Source: Dudresnaya verticillata
Taxonomy: Eukaryota
Length of the DNA: 64,000 bases
NCBI GenBank assembly: GCA_977862235.1
Contig: OZ374564.1
Coordinates: 1,426,001-1,490,000, forward strand
Reading direction: 5' to 3'
This document shows, piece by piece, positions 44,385-58,282 of the stretch. The position numbers and the translations under genes are program-made. Within the stretch, counting starts at the first letter, position 1; every line of letters starts with the position of its first letter. The notes under the pieces are model-generated. The model was not told where the DNA came from, ran no database searches, and worked only from the letters and a program-made list of their open reading frames with translations.

Positions 44385-47300
44385 TGTGGAACCCCACTGC
44401 AAATGCTTTTCGGGAGTCCTTTCCGCGAACCCCTTTGGGCGCGAAGGTCGGCTGACCGAAAGAGCAGCTCCGGAGAGTGTGACCAAGACAGGTGACAGAC
44501 TGTCTCGGAGAAAACCTCGCGCTGGCCCGATTCAGGTTCCAGCACGAAAACGGAGGCGAGGGCCGAGTCGGGCCGGGAATGCGGAGAGGGACCAAAAAAC
44601 ACAGTAAAGGCAGCGTCTGAGAAAAACCTTGATCGTGAGAGACGAAGAGGGTAGACGACCTAGCCAAAGAACGTGCCATTTCCACTTTATCCTCTCTCCC
44701 TTGGCGATCCCGGTGAGCAACAAGCGCTCCCCTACGGACGACTAGCGCCTGCGGCGCTACGGCGCTACTGATCCGCTGCCACACTGTCTTGACGGTATCG
44801 AGCCCCTTGCGGATCTGCTGAGTGTCACAGTAATTACTTTCGCGAGAAGCTTAGCGGTCTTGTGGAGGAGTTCGATCAAGCAAGATGGTAAATACCCGGC
44901 AGGGTGTTGGAGGAAGTAGTGAGGATACTACAGTGAAGCAGACAATTGTTGAGACCTTGGAAGCCCCGAGGCTTACCGGTATCGACACAGTCGACTTCGC
45001 AAAGTTCAAGCAAAGGCGAGAAATATACGTGCGCCGCGTGTCTGAGAAGAGCTCTGAGCAGGGATCAGCTATACCGCTGACTACTTTGCGCAATTCTATT
45101 GACAAAGCGGTACTGCAGATGTTTGTAACGGCGCAGTGGGTTCCGGTAGATGATGTGGAAGAGATAACAGAGGACCATCTAGTCGAGTGTGTGGATCAAC
45201 GTGCGACGATCCAGCCTGAGGATTATGACCTCGCGCAGATCGAGCGCGGGATCAGCCACGTCAAGATGGAGAAGGGCAAAAGCCTGGAGATGCAGGTCTG
45301 GAAGCTTGCTTTGAGCTATCGCAAGACACTCAACAATCTCGGCTACTCCTCCTTTGTGGAGCAGCAGCCTACGTTGTCGGTTCAACACATCTTCAAGCGT
45401 GTCACCCATGACGCATTGCACACCAGAATGAAGCTGACGTATCGTTTGCGGAAAGACGAATTGAAGAAAAACTTCAACCTCTTCATGCGCGAGCTGGCCA
45501 AAGAGGCTAAGGCTATGGACCGCCATGAGTCCATAGCTAAGGCCGTTACAGTACCGACGGGTGGAAATTTATCAGATGAGGATGCGATAAACCCCGACCA
45601 GTCCCGTAACAAGCGTGCATCAAAGAAGAATGTGAAGGGAAAAACAAGCTCTGATACAGGACGTGCGTCCGGGTCCAACTCAAAGGAGAAAATGGGAGCT
45701 GGTAGTGGTACTTCTGGCGGCTTCAGATCCTCTGGAAAAAAGCGTGAAAAACCAGACTGTCTTAACCCAAAGTGCGATGGCCAGCACTACATGAACGATT
45801 GCCCAATGTCGACTCTGGAGGAAAAGAAAAGGTTCGTAGAGGAGTGGCGTGATAAAAAGAAGAAGAAAAGTGAGGTGGCTAGGAAAGGTCATGTGGGGCA
45901 AGTCGGCGGTAACGTGGAAGAAGAAAACTCTTCGCTATTCACTGCCTCTTTCTGCGACGGCAAGGTCGAGGCTACTGTTCTTGCGGACCAGGGCTCCGAT
46001 ATTAATCTCATCCCCCCACATGTTCTGGAGCAAATCATTAAGACCGACCCCAAAATCAATGTGGAGGTCCTGGAGAAGACTATGTGCTACAGCACAGTGG
46101 ATACGTCAGCGTCCACGCTACCCTGCAGTCGTCGGGTGCATGCTAATATCACCCTACGAGTGCGACACGCCGCACACCTTGTAATGCGAGGCATGACCTG
46201 GCTGGTCAGCGATCGGCCATCCCAGTTCGTTATTATCGGCCGTCGTGTGCTTCGTGCAATTGGGCTGGATAATCGAAAGCTACTATTGACTGCCTGCGAT
46301 AGGTTCAATGGCATTATAAATGTCCCTGGCTTGCTTCGTTCTGAGGAAAAAGACAGTAACCAGGAACTGGATCGCACGGCTGACGACGATGATCATGCGA
46401 CCGGGCCGGGAACGATCTACAGTTTACTTCGATACTCTGGAATCGACTTTGGCAGCTCATTTCATAGTCAGGGAGGGGCTGAGTCAGACCGGCTTGAGGA
46501 TAGCGATGTGTATGTGGATATAGGAGAAGACCCCGAAGAGGATCTCGTTTCCGCTCTTGCTGACCGTGTTCGAGAAGCGAGAGAGCATGGCATGACGGAG
46601 CGAGGCGTTTCAAAGCTTGAAGCTCTCTTGCAAGAGTACAGGCAGATTTTCGGCTAAGGCTGGGTAAATCCCGACCAGCCTTAGTTAAACCAATGCGAGT
46701 ACGCGTTGATAAGGGTCGTCGCCCTATTCGGGTGAAGGCGCGAAGATATTCTCCAGATCAGAGGGCATTTCTGGAGAAGTACACGGACACTCTCCTGAAG
46801 ATGGATTTCTTCCAGGAGATGCCGACAGCTGCCTGGCAGGCTGCACCACTTCTGGTACCCAAAGCGGGCAAAAGTCGATACAGAATGGCCATCGATCTCC
46901 GCCCGGTAAACTCCGCTACTATAAAGGAGTCTTGGCCTATGCCACATGTCGACTCCGAGGTGGCAGATTTTGCAGGCAGTAAGTGCTTCTCTGTCCTGGA
47001 TTTCGTGTCTGCCTACTGGCAGTTGCCGCTTCATCAAGATTCATACACGTTGTGTGGAGTTGTGACTCCCAAGAAGGTACTTGCTTCCAAGCGTGTCCTT
47101 CCAGGCCTCGCGAATGCGGTCTCCTATTTTCAGAGCACAGTTGAGCCACTGTTCCGCGAGTTACGAAGCAATATGAAGGCGTGGCTTGACGACTTCAATC
47201 TACATGCGAAGTCAGAAGCAGAGCTACTTCGTCTGCTCGAGAAATTCTTCAAGATATGTGCTGAGGCAAACCTTTTCCTCTCAGCAGTCAAGAGCAAGTT

Positions 47301-50173
47301 CTACGCACCCCAAATCAAATGGTGTGGTCGGGTTGTGGATGCGAATGGCTACCGTTTGGACCCATCTCGCCTATCTGCCCTCAAGAAGATGCAGCCCCCA
47401 ACTACAGCAGCTGAGCTGGCAGAGTTCTTATACTGTTGCAGATGGATGAGTACGGCTATTCCGGACTTCGCTCGGCGCATTGCGCCGCTGGCGCAGATAT
47501 TAGAAGCCGCATACGCCAAGTCAGGCCGGCGCACAAAGCGATCCATCAAGAGCATACCGTTGCACAGTCTGTCTTGGGGCGCAGACCATCTCAAAGCATT
47601 TCAAGGATTGCAAGACACACTGCACAACGCAGTAAAGCTGTCCTACCCCAAACCAGGACACGCTATCTGCGTGTTTACAGACGCCTCAGACCGTTTCTGG
47701 TCCGGGGTAGTGACGCAAGTTCAGCCAGAGGAACTGAACCGCTCACTGGCAGAACAGAGCCATGAGCCCTTGGCTTTCATTGGTTCCGAGTTTAAAGGAG
47801 CAGAGCTGGGATGGAGTACTTTTGAAAAGGAAGGCTTTGCCATCTTTCAAACGTTCGACAAACTTGACTACCTTTTACTTTCTGGAAACGCAATCCATGT
47901 GCATACTGACCATCGCAATCTCATTTTCGTGTTCGCTCCACTGTCGATAGAGCCCTCACTCGGTCGACACGTTGTCGCTAAGGTACAACGCTGGGCTTTA
48001 TTTCTTTCAAGGTTTCAGTACGTTATAGAGCACGTGAGTGGGGAAGACAACGTATTTGCGGACATACTGACGAGGTGGACGAGAGGCTATCGGGCGGACT
48101 CCAAGACTCCGAGAGCGGTGTGTAGTCTCTTACTAGAGTCGGCGCAGCAGATTATACCTGCTTCAAATTCCTTCCAATGGCCTGACCTTACGAAAATAAG
48201 GGAGGCGCAGAAAAGGTCATCAGGTGAGAAGCGAAGCCTTAAGTGGGACCAAAGCGACAATTTGTGGAAGCGTGAAGGTCGTATTTGGATTCCAGATTCT
48301 GAGCTCGAGCTTCAGCTGAAGCTCTTAGTTGTCTCACACTGTGGATCGGTTGGGCACAGAGGTGTGGAAGGCACAAAGAGTATTCTCCGCGAACAATTTG
48401 TTTGGAAAACCATGGCCCGGGACGTTGATGAACTGGTGAAGGGGTGTCTTCACTGTATCATCAGTCGCTCTGGTGAAATAGTCCCGCGGCCTTTAGGACA
48501 TGCTCTTCACGCCGAATCACCTAACGAAGTGCTTCACATGGACTTCTTGTATATGGGACCGGGATCCGATGGGAGCAAGTACCTCTTGCTACTCAAGGAT
48601 GATCTGTCAACATATGCATGGTTCTTTCCGACTGCGGAAGCAACAAGCGAGGCTGCAGCGGAAGCCTTAACCACCTGGATGGCAGCTTTTGGTAGCAGCG
48701 ACTGGTATGTCTCTGATCAGGGCAGCCATTTTGTCAACAAACTTCTGGAGAGCCTGACCGAGGAATGGCGAGTGAAGCACCACTTCACTACAGCTTATAC
48801 GCCTTGGGCAAACGGGACAATAGAGAGGCTTTGCCGTGAAGTTTTGCGCGCGTGTCGCGCCCTATGCAGTGAATGGAGCTTGGCTCCCAAAGACTGGCCT
48901 GCCGTCATTGAGTCTGTTCAATGCATAATTAACCAGGCACCCTCGAAAAGATTGGGTCTGAGAAGCCAAGGCGTTCCCGGAGTGTTTCGAACACCCCTAG
49001 AAGTCTTTACTGGGCAACTACCTAGACGTCCCTTGATGCGTGCACTTCCTGTGACTAAGTATGCAGGCGCGAAGACTGTAGACGAAGTGCGGGCGCGACA
49101 ATTTATCAAGGTAGATCTGCTGCAGGGAGCAATGGAAGATGTGCACAAGGAGGTTAACGAACGCGCAAATATATCTAGAAAGCGACAAGTTGCTGCACAC
49201 AACCGACGGACAAATGTCCAGCCAGTCAACTTCACAGTGGGCGATTTTGTGCTGGTGCGTCAAGCAAGCAAACGCACTCACAAGCTCAGTTTCAAGTGGG
49301 TCGGACCACGTCGCGTGGTAGCGGTCAAGTCTGCAGTCGTATTTGTTGTCGAAGACTTAGTCCAAAAGAAGTCTGAGGTAGTACACGCCAGGCGATTGCT
49401 GCTTTATAGGGCAGATCTAGATGGAATGGACGTTAATCCAGACCTTTTAAGGTCTGCTGCACACACAGAGGCCACTTACCAAGATGCCTTGTCACTACAT
49501 GGAATCCGAGAGCGCGACGGGATTATTGAAATTCAAGTCAAGTGGGAAGGGTTACCGGACAAGATAGATATAACGTGGGAACCACTGAAAAACATATATG
49601 AAGACCTGCCACAGATGCTGGATACCTACCTGAGGTCGGACGGGCGTCCAGGACTCAAGCAAAAGGCAAAAGCACTGTGCTCTCTTTGAACGACCAGTTT
49701 CAAAACAATGAAAATGGTCCTGGGGCGCTGTGGAACCCCACTGCAAATGCTTTTCGGGAGTCCTTTCCGCGAACCCCTTTGGGCGCGAAGGTCGGCTGAC
49801 CGAAAGAGCAGCCCCGGAGAGTGTGACCAAGACAGGTGACAGACTGTCTCGGAGAAAACCTCGCGCTGGCCCGATTCAGGTTCCAGCACGAAAACGGAGG
49901 CGAGGGCCGAGTCGGGCCGGGAATGCGGAGAGGGACCAAAAAACACAGTAAAGGCAGCGTCTGAGAAAAACCTTGATCGTGAGAGACGAAGAGGGTAGAC
50001 GACCTAGCCAAAGAACGTGCCATTTCCACTTTATCCTCTCTCCCTTGGCGATCCCGGTGAGCAACAAGCGCTCCCCTACGGACGACTAGCGCCTGCGGCG
50101 CTACGGCGCTACTGATCCGCTGCCACACTGTCTTGACGGTATCGAGCCCCTTGCGGATCTGCTGAGTGTCACA
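44385..50173 (+). mobile_element. Very young Ty3/Gypsy-type element G with chromodomain, 5,789 bp
   Basis: 445-bp LTRs (44385-44829, 49729-50173; one difference seen), TG..CA ends, 4-bp TSD ACAG (44381-44384, 50174-50177). Confidence 0.97.
44885..49689 (+). CDS. Element G Gag-Pol, one frameshift at ~46650
   Basis: Knuckle CLNPKCDGQHYMNDC, protease VLADQGSD, RT AWLDD, RNase H FTDAS/EKE/TDHRNL/ADILTR, integrase GHRG..CLHC, HMDF, SDQG, NGTIER, chromodomain QVKWEGL..TWEP. Confidence 0.93.
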
Positions 50174-53100
50174 ACAGCTACTGACTTTTACACTGCACTT
50201 CATGTTTATTGTAGCTTGGAAAACTATTCAGATGCATATAAAAGGATCAGAGACTAGCAAGTCTATGAGATCCAAGACAGAACAAGTAAAAGCGTCACCA
50301 TTTTTCAGAAAGGCAGAGCTGTTCCAGTGACAGGGAAAAAATAATCTGCCAGATATGTGCAGTTGTATTGAGGCGCAAAGCGCAACGATCCGTGAAGAAG
50401 CATCACACCCAGATCACCACCTTCACGAATGTTTGTCGTATGTATGTTATACCCCATCCCAGGCCATACAAGCCCTCTCCCCAGCACGCTCAGGATCTCA
50501 GCAACCGTAACAAGCTCACTTTCAAGGTTCTGCCCTTCAGCCTTTTATGCCCAAACGCTGTTGTGTCCTGCTGAATCGCTACTTTTACAATACAATTAAG
50601 CAATAATGCAGCCAACGGTGCTGCTAAGATCTGGGATGGTGGCGTCGAATTCTGGTGTTGATTGGGAGAAATGTACTTCTGACTGACACAGGGGAGCACA
50701 ATGCTAGCAACGAATCTCTGTGCGGGCTTGGGCTGCAGTTGTGCGCAGTTTGCCCTTTTTCTCGTCAAGTCTATCGTTAGTATTCTTCCTTCTCAAATTA
50801 CATAAGAGATGAATCAGAAGACTTGGGATAATGTCCCATTGCGGGGAAAGGAATCGCGCAGTATACGTACTGCTGCGCAGTAGTACGTACTGTTACCGCT
50901 ATGCAATGTCATATTGCGACACAGCAAGTTTTCTCTTCCGCAATTGCGTAGCCCCTCCTCCATACATCCGAGAAAATTTCTCAGCGGAACAGTTGAAAGA
51001 ATGCCTCATCCCCTTCGGCTGCCGGTGATCCCATAGACATGCTGCGGTCAACGGGGTATAATCCGGGAGTTATATACATACAGCGAATGCAAAACCTATG
51101 ATGTCCTCCAAACCTTGGGACACGTTAATGTCATACACGTTGAGACACCACGTCCAAAAGGACCGCCCGAAAATTTCCCTGTCCCTCAAAAGAGAAGCAA
51201 GCTGGGCACTGAGTAAAAGGTTATGGTGTAGTCTGAGCCTCAATAAAGTACTCATGCAGGAATGCAGATAGTCAGCGTGAAATGGCGCTTCGCTCAGCCT
51301 GTCTCTAAATATCAGCAGCGTCTTGAACGTATGGGCACACGTGGTCAATAACCCAGAGGTGTCGAGGCTGCTAAACGAGAGAAAAAGGGAGAGGGTAACT
51401 TTATTCACTAGAAATAAATAAAGCGGAGACCAGGTGTAGCATGTATCAAGGCGTGTACCAGGCAGCAAAGCAGGTAACATAGAGGGTAATAATGGGTTTA
51501 GGAAAACAACGTACAAAGGCAAGTAGAAAATGTAAGTATCATGCCAGGTACAAAAGCTGGTACCAGGCGGTGTGAACATGAATTTGGACGCACGGTTGTG
51601 TATCTGTGTATCTGTCTATCTTTGTAACTTCCTTCCGTGTGCAGAACATTACCAGGTTCTTAAGTAGATAAAATTGTGCAGGAATACGGCAGGAATCAAT
51701 CTAAAAGGTTTAGGTCGGGTTAGGTAAATATGAACATAGAGCATTATCGATTCTTGACATCGACAAAACAGGATCAACAGGACCAGTAGATAAGAATAGC
51801 CCGGTAAACAATATTTCAGCCCCGAATTGCACCCGAAACGTTGCATGAGTAAAGAAGTACTTAACCAAGGTCTCATTACTCTCCGAAGCGAGCGACGACT
51901 ACCTGGGCCATGTCCGGTCTGTAGACTACGCTCCAGCGAGCATGAAAACAGTCAACCCAGCAGTCTCTAACAAACGAAATCCCTGGAGAACAAATCAAAA
52001 GAAACCGGAGAGCTATTGCCGCCCTTACGACCTTTCTTGGTGTAGTGCCGTGGTGCTCCCTACAAAAGATCATACTACAGCAGTAGGTATTTACAGGCCG
52101 CTTTGTGTAAATCCTGGAAATAGTTGAAAGGATTGCGCATCATCATTGTGAAGCTTTTTGCACTTGAAGAATAGCCCAACACTGCCGATTCCGGGGCCCT
52201 TTAAACTCTCTGCAGGCATTAGATATGTGAACTAAAGATATCACTTGAATCACAGTGAAGTTCTGTGAAGTACTTCAAGTAGTCCTTTCGATCCCCGATC
52301 CCAGTTACTGGGTGCCCCAAACGCCGTTTTAAACCAGTGTCCGCTAACGTGCAATGGCCAAAATGTGTAAAGAATCATACCTTATCGACACTATTGCCGT
52401 TGAATCGCACAGGCGGTCGTCTAGAAACGGCTCTCAAAAGAGTTGTGCCTTGACCGGCACGAGTTCAAAAGCTGCTCATCCAGATCGGCCCTCAATAGAG
52501 CTGACGGATGGCCGAGCAATTGATTACAATGGTGGCTGAGGTTGATACAGAAATGGATACTGAATTAGAGTTCCGTAGCTCTTTGAACTTGACTTCCATT
52601 TGTTACAAACGCGAAGCGTGGCACCGTCTTCGGTCTGTAGCGTGCGCTAGACGATTTCCCGCAATATTGTTTTGTTTGTTGTTCTGTTTTCTATTCGTTC
52701 CTTTTCTTTACTTGTGGCTGACGTTCACCAGCTTTGTACTGTGCTTCACCCTCACTGCAACTGTGGAATTGAATGCAACTGCAGGCAATACTCAGTTCCA
52801 ATTGACAATATGCACCTTTCTGTCTAGAAAATCCATTTGTAATCTCCAGTGCATATCGGTTCAGGCTAGCCCATGGACTCTACTTAGTCGGAACCACAAA
52901 ATTCACTCTCGGAATATGATATCCTATTGAACGTCTGCGACCGATCCAGTTCAAAAATAGAGAAACTTGATGTTCTTACATTGAGAACTACGTTGTGATT
53001 AGAGTCCTGCCTACCTTCTACGAGGCCAAAGCTATAGTCTTCAGTAAAGGTGTCTCTCTCTGTTCTCAAGGCCCGATGAAAAATCCAGTTCTCTTCCGAG

Positions 53101-54821
53101 CGAGAGTATATGAAATGTAATTGTTGTAAGCAGCAAGGAGCTCAACAAAGTGCTGCGATATATTTGCCGATATCCTCCAGAACTGCTAATCTGACCCCAC
53201 TTCGCGTAGTGCAATGGGAATGCAATCTGTGGTTCGAGAATCTGTCCGAAGATCTCGAAGAAAGTGACCAATTATGTAATATCCCCATGCTCACATCTAC
53301 TCTGCAGCTGATCAAATACCACTTGTGCTTCTTCTGTCAAAAACGTTCCGGATCTTCACGCTCAGAGTTCATCTATGATAACCTTTATAAACACTTCCTC
53401 CTTGGCTTGTTTGGTGCTGTCCTGTTTGCTCAGGGTACGTAATTTTTCAATACGAAGACCTCTGCCTCCTCCCTCCTGGAGAGGAAGATGGGCAGAGCTT
53501 TAATATGTACCTGGAACTGCCTGAGGAGGAGCTCCGGGCCTACCCTATGCTATTTTTGAACGATCATGTATAGGACTAGTTGTAAACCGTATTGCTAGAG
53601 GTACTACACTAGTCATAAACGGTATCAATACTGTATCCCTGAAACTGTCCGATCCTCAGAACAAACATTCCACGGGACAGGCTTGAAGATGTTACGTCTA
53701 TAACAGAACATCTCCGAGCTTAGAGTAAACCGGTAATTCAAAATGCAATTGCTTCAAGCTAGTAAGTGAGGAAGAGATGCCACTTGAAAATAACTCTCCA
53801 TACCTAATATAACAGTTACAGCCAAAGAACTCGGAAACAAACAGTACTTACGATATTGCAAAATCGCTTTCCAACCTTCGAGATATGTATCCGCTTGTTG
53901 GCGACACGATAGAGAAGCTTTCCAAAGCATTTCGGAAGCGCGATGAACTTCGCATAGACCTGTTTGCCAACAACCCCAGTTTCACGCCCTGCCCTCAGAG
54001 ATTTGATGCTTCCATCGTTAGTCCCCATTAAATCCCTCACTCTCTCTATCTGCAGGTCGCATTGCTGGTCAGGCAATTGCTTATTGCGAGCGCATGAAAC
54101 TTTCGGACTACCGCCGCGTTCTTGGCTTGCTAAACATGGATCTTCACCCCATGATCATTGATGCCTGTGACCGCACGGGGTAAGCTTCGATGCCGGTGCT
54201 CAACGTATTGCTGCCTGCCTCGCTGTCAAGCAGGGTACTTCTCCACAATCTGAGAAGCTTTCCCTTTTAACCACTTTCACATCACCTTGTGACCCAATGT
54301 CTTGCTGTTGGTGTACACGACCGCAACCTCTCCCCACCGTCTGGTTTGCTTCATATTCCTTCCTAGTTTCTACTAGGTGTATATTTTAGTCCTCAGTAAA
54401 GGTTCTCTCAACTCATCTTGTAAAGATAACAAGGCAAGAAAATATCCAGCCGTAACAAAAGTATTCACAACAGTCAGGAGAGCTGCGGTGGTACAGACTT
54501 GAAACCATCAAAGAGTCATTGCGTGTTAGCTTCAAATAGAAAGTGAAAACAAAGGGCTACCGCTACCTCTACTGGACGAAAAAAGAATAGCCTCTGGTTG
54601 TGCCCGTCATTGAAACTTTGTTGGTTCCGTTTTACATTACATGGGTGAGCACCCTCCAAGATTCTTGAGCCAAATAACCACTCTGTATTCCGCTGGGAAA
54701 GAAAGAAAGAGAGCCGCAACAAGTTATAGGGAACGCGCGGATGAATCTACTATTTAAGTTTTCCTCGTGTCTCATACCAAAATTGATTGCTCTCTTCCAA
54801 GAGAGAGGGAACCGTTATATG

Positions 54822-54848
54822 CATCATCATCATCATTATCATCATCAT
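54822..54848. repeat. Imperfect (CAT)n microsatellite
   Basis: Seen directly. Confidence 0.85.
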
Positions 54849-57763
54849 CGTCACAGCTCTATTGAATCAACACGAAAAATAGGAAGCCGTAACGGCTTAC
54901 TCGCTGAAGCTGAGGAGGGATGCTAGCTCGTTTTGTAGGCTTCGGGACCTAGGGAAAGGGCAAGTCGACTGCGGTTGATGGCTAAATACTGATAGCACAA
55001 CAAGTGAGAGATAAACTGGACAGTCAGCTCATGACTTTATCTGACGGGCTGCTGCCGCGGTCTTCAGCCGAGTAGGAGTCAATAACCCGAAAAGGGTGAA
55101 GATACCTTTTTCAGAAGAGCAAGGTGGCAATCTGCACAACCTCTGGTGGAAAAGCTTTGCTCACTTTAATTGTACACGTTCAGTCACTCGTACAAATCCC
55201 CCGATTTCTTTACAGCACTGAGGGTATCATTATTAGTAACTCTTATAGGCTGCATTGTACATACAATCCTAGAATTTGTAGAAAGTTAGCTTTGAGTTCA
55301 AGTTGCGGAATGTTTGATTACCAAGGAGCCAATATCAGGCAATTGTTCTCACAACATATAAAACTGGATACACGTTGCCATAACAAAATGCTACCCTTAG
55401 TGACGGGAAATCGATGTGATGCGGAGGGAGATTCTTTGATGGGGCCCACCATAACTACTGGATATCGGCTTGGTTTTGTCGACTTCACAGATATTTTAGT
55501 CTTCGGCACATTTCTCTGTTTTTATCTGTTGCGCAGGGTGGTGAACATTTTCCGTTTGTTTCACTGTCCGTTTGGAATAACAGATTCCCTTCCTCCACTA
55601 GTGCTCTTGCGACATTTGCTTACCTGAACCATGAGACCACACTCACTTTTTATGCGCACGTCGCAACAGATTCCAAACGAAGATGTTGTAGATACCAACC
55701 ATTCCCTACAAGTGAGTTTCTTGAGCTCGTCCAAAAGAGACAGGAGAACCACTGGTTTCCGCTCCTTTAATTCCGAGAGAATTTCATTGTACACTGGGCT
55801 AGGCCCTCATGAAAAGGGGAAGACGATACCCGAACGTAACGAGCAGATCAAAGTAGATACGAAATCCTCAGAAAGATTGCAAGGTGAAGTTAGTTCCAAG
55901 GCGGCTCATTGGCTCTCTTACAAAGAGAATGTTTGTTCAACGAGTTATAAGAACCACAGATATTCTGGAGCGCCAGAAACATGCTTTGCCGCATCTCCGT
56001 GTTTTCATTACAATCCAATACCTTAGACAACCCCTAGGGGTGACTAGGTTGCTACGACCTCTATGATAACGTGAATTCCCCTTTCCCCTTATTTGCTCAA
56101 TATGTGTCCAGATACATCCTTCTTTCCAGAGCCTAGGGCTGGATCGATGCTACGCGTGGGAATGATCGTGCAATCAAACTTTCAATATCACTACTCTCCG
56201 ACGCTCCAGTCTCGTCCGACGCTCCCCATTCCACGCATTGAAAGCCCTATATTCGCAGTGTGCTTGTCGAGAGGCTGTACAAATTGAGACAAATTCACTC
56301 AAAACCGAGGTGCACAAACTTTTATCCCACTCACTATTCTCTTATCAATGTGTCAATTACCTGCACTATATTCTATCTTCGATAATAGACTACCATCGAT
56401 ATGCAATGGACCATAAGAAAAGGTTGGCCAGTATCACACTTGCCGCTCTTAACAGGTCAAGAACTAGATCAACGCTAGATATTTTATATCTGAACAGGCT
56501 TGGGGCCCTTGGTGTTCAATCTCTCCCCAATGCAACTGATCGCGACCACAGATTCACTCTCGAAGGACCACAGTAAACAGACAACAATAAATCAAGTTTG
56601 TTGCATATCCCCGCCATCTTCCTCGCCCCTCGAAACCCCATTGAGTCAAGTTTCCGAACGTTCCACTAGCCACTCTATACCGTCCAATGTGCTCCATTCT
56701 CAAAAGGGCACCATTTCGCTCGAACTCCAATGACCCTCCCTTTGGATTGAGCCATTTAGAAAACACCTAACTAGTCATCCCATGAGGAATTGGATTAGCT
56801 CACAACCAGGAAGACAATTGTGATTCTAGATGTAGCTGTACTCCTGCGGTGTGATGAAGAGTCCTATCGAAGTATCATTCTTGTTGTTGTCGTTGCAGAG
56901 TTTCATCACGTCCATCGTCAGTTAAATATCCAAACGCCATCAACCCTAACGTAATTCTCCATTTCAAGAAGTTCCATCTCATCCCTCATGTCCGTCTTTC
57001 ATTCTTTGCGTTCCCCCAAATCTTCTTACATCTTGGCATAACTGTGGGAAAGATACTTCGACATGATGGTATTTGCTGAATAATCGGAGTGGTGCACAGT
57101 GCCGGCTGCATCTTGTGGCATTGTGTGGCCAAAACTGCCCGGCTCTCTCGATCTAATGGTAGTGAAACTCCTGATAACTCGGCCGAATCGGTAACCTAGA
57201 GAGGAGAACGCCGTCACTGGATCACTCCGACGGTATATGTTGTGCACATTACACTCCAAGGCAATACATATGGATCTCGATCCTCAGTGGCTACTCAATA
57301 CTATTGCGGACAGTGCTATACTAATATCGACAGATCGGTGTAAGGTCTTCGGTCGCTGTTCATTTGCGACCATCGGCACGGTGAACAGGAAGCTGGTATC
57401 ACACGGTGGCCACTAGCACAACGAATATACATCTCAACCGATAGAAAGCAAATGGAGTGAAGACACAGTCCGATGGGAGCGAGGGCTTCAGTGACAGAGC
57501 AGTTTTCCTTATTCTCCGCTAGAAATGCCGTTGTTGTTTTTTTGTAATACTTCCGAATGAACGGTCAAGGTCGGCGCTAATGCAGTTCTCATAGCTTACT
57601 TCAAAATACGAATGCGCAAGTTCCATGAGGCAATTAGGTTGGCATCCAATAATGAATCATGTAGGCGGTTGCTCTGTGTGTACCTTACAATTCGTTGGGC
57701 TGCGGTTGCAAAAGAGAATGAGATACTTCAAAGAAAAGACACCTTTCAGTGGGTTGTTTTTCT

Positions 57764-57770
57764 TATATAA
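57764..57770 (+). promoter_or_regulatory. TATA box (TATATAA)
   Basis: About 120 bp upstream of ATG 57890. Confidence 0.5.
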
Positions 57771-57889
57771 GTCCCTCCCTCTTGCTGTCCTCAACTCTTA
57801 AACATTCAGTCATCGGTTTTTGAACTTGGTATCTACAATCAGTTCAGTTTCTTAGCAGGATTCTCCCTTTGTTTCATCCACTGCGAGGT

Positions 57890-58282
57890 ATGAATTCATC
57901 ATTCATGTTGACCAATCTGTTTACGATACTCGTTCTGGCGATGTTTTGCGGATGGTGCACCACGGCAATGTCTACTGTTCTGGAAACCGGAGGGCAAAAA
58001 GCAAGAGACAGAAGGATTCAGGACCCAAGAGCAATCTCTGAGAGTGCGAGGTCCTTTACCGAAGCAGGTGAGATCTCTGGCGCAATGTCTCCAAGGCTCT
58101 TGCGGCAAAGGACTGTGCCACTTGAGGTGATCCGTGCTGCGAAGAAGAAGTATGGCCCTATTAGGTGTACTTGCAATACGTTTTGTCACTTTTGCTGCGC
58201 AGAACCTAACGCAGCATTAATTGCTCGCTGCAGAAGTGTGTACTGTCCTAACAGCCCCCCTTCGTGCCCGGAGCAAGGTTAG
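57890..58282 (+). CDS. Small secreted cysteine-rich protein (130 aa)
   Basis: Hydrophobic signal-like N-terminus, polar pro-region, C-terminal 8-Cys domain; upstream TATA box. Confidence 0.7.
   Translation: MNSSFMLTNLFTILVLAMFCGWCTTAMSTVLETGGQKARDRRIQDPRAISESARSFTEAGEISGAMSPRLLRQRTVPLEVIRAAKKKYGPIRCTCNTFCHFCCAEPNAALIARCRSVYCPNSPPSCPEQG

Larger units (their letters stand above)
39578..50311 (+). mobile_element. Ty1/Copia element, near intact; 3' LTR split by Gypsy G
   Basis: 292-bp LTRs (39578-39869; 44227-44384 + 50178-50311), TSD GGCAG (39573-39577, 50312-50316), PR-INT-RT-RH order. Confidence 0.97.

Noticed and set aside
46640..46700. Programmed frameshift in Gypsy G (and at ~42095 in Copia)
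   Set aside because: The shifts fall inside normally continuous polyprotein regions; single indels or sequencing errors are simpler.
53762..54185. Exon-like segments with GTAAGT/CTAAT/CAG signals
   Set aside because: Could not join them in a consistent reading frame; possibly a decayed gene, unsupported without RNA data.
50320..57700. Short ORFs across the AT-richer region
   Set aside because: No domain signatures recognised; spliced genes may exist but cannot be supported by eye.
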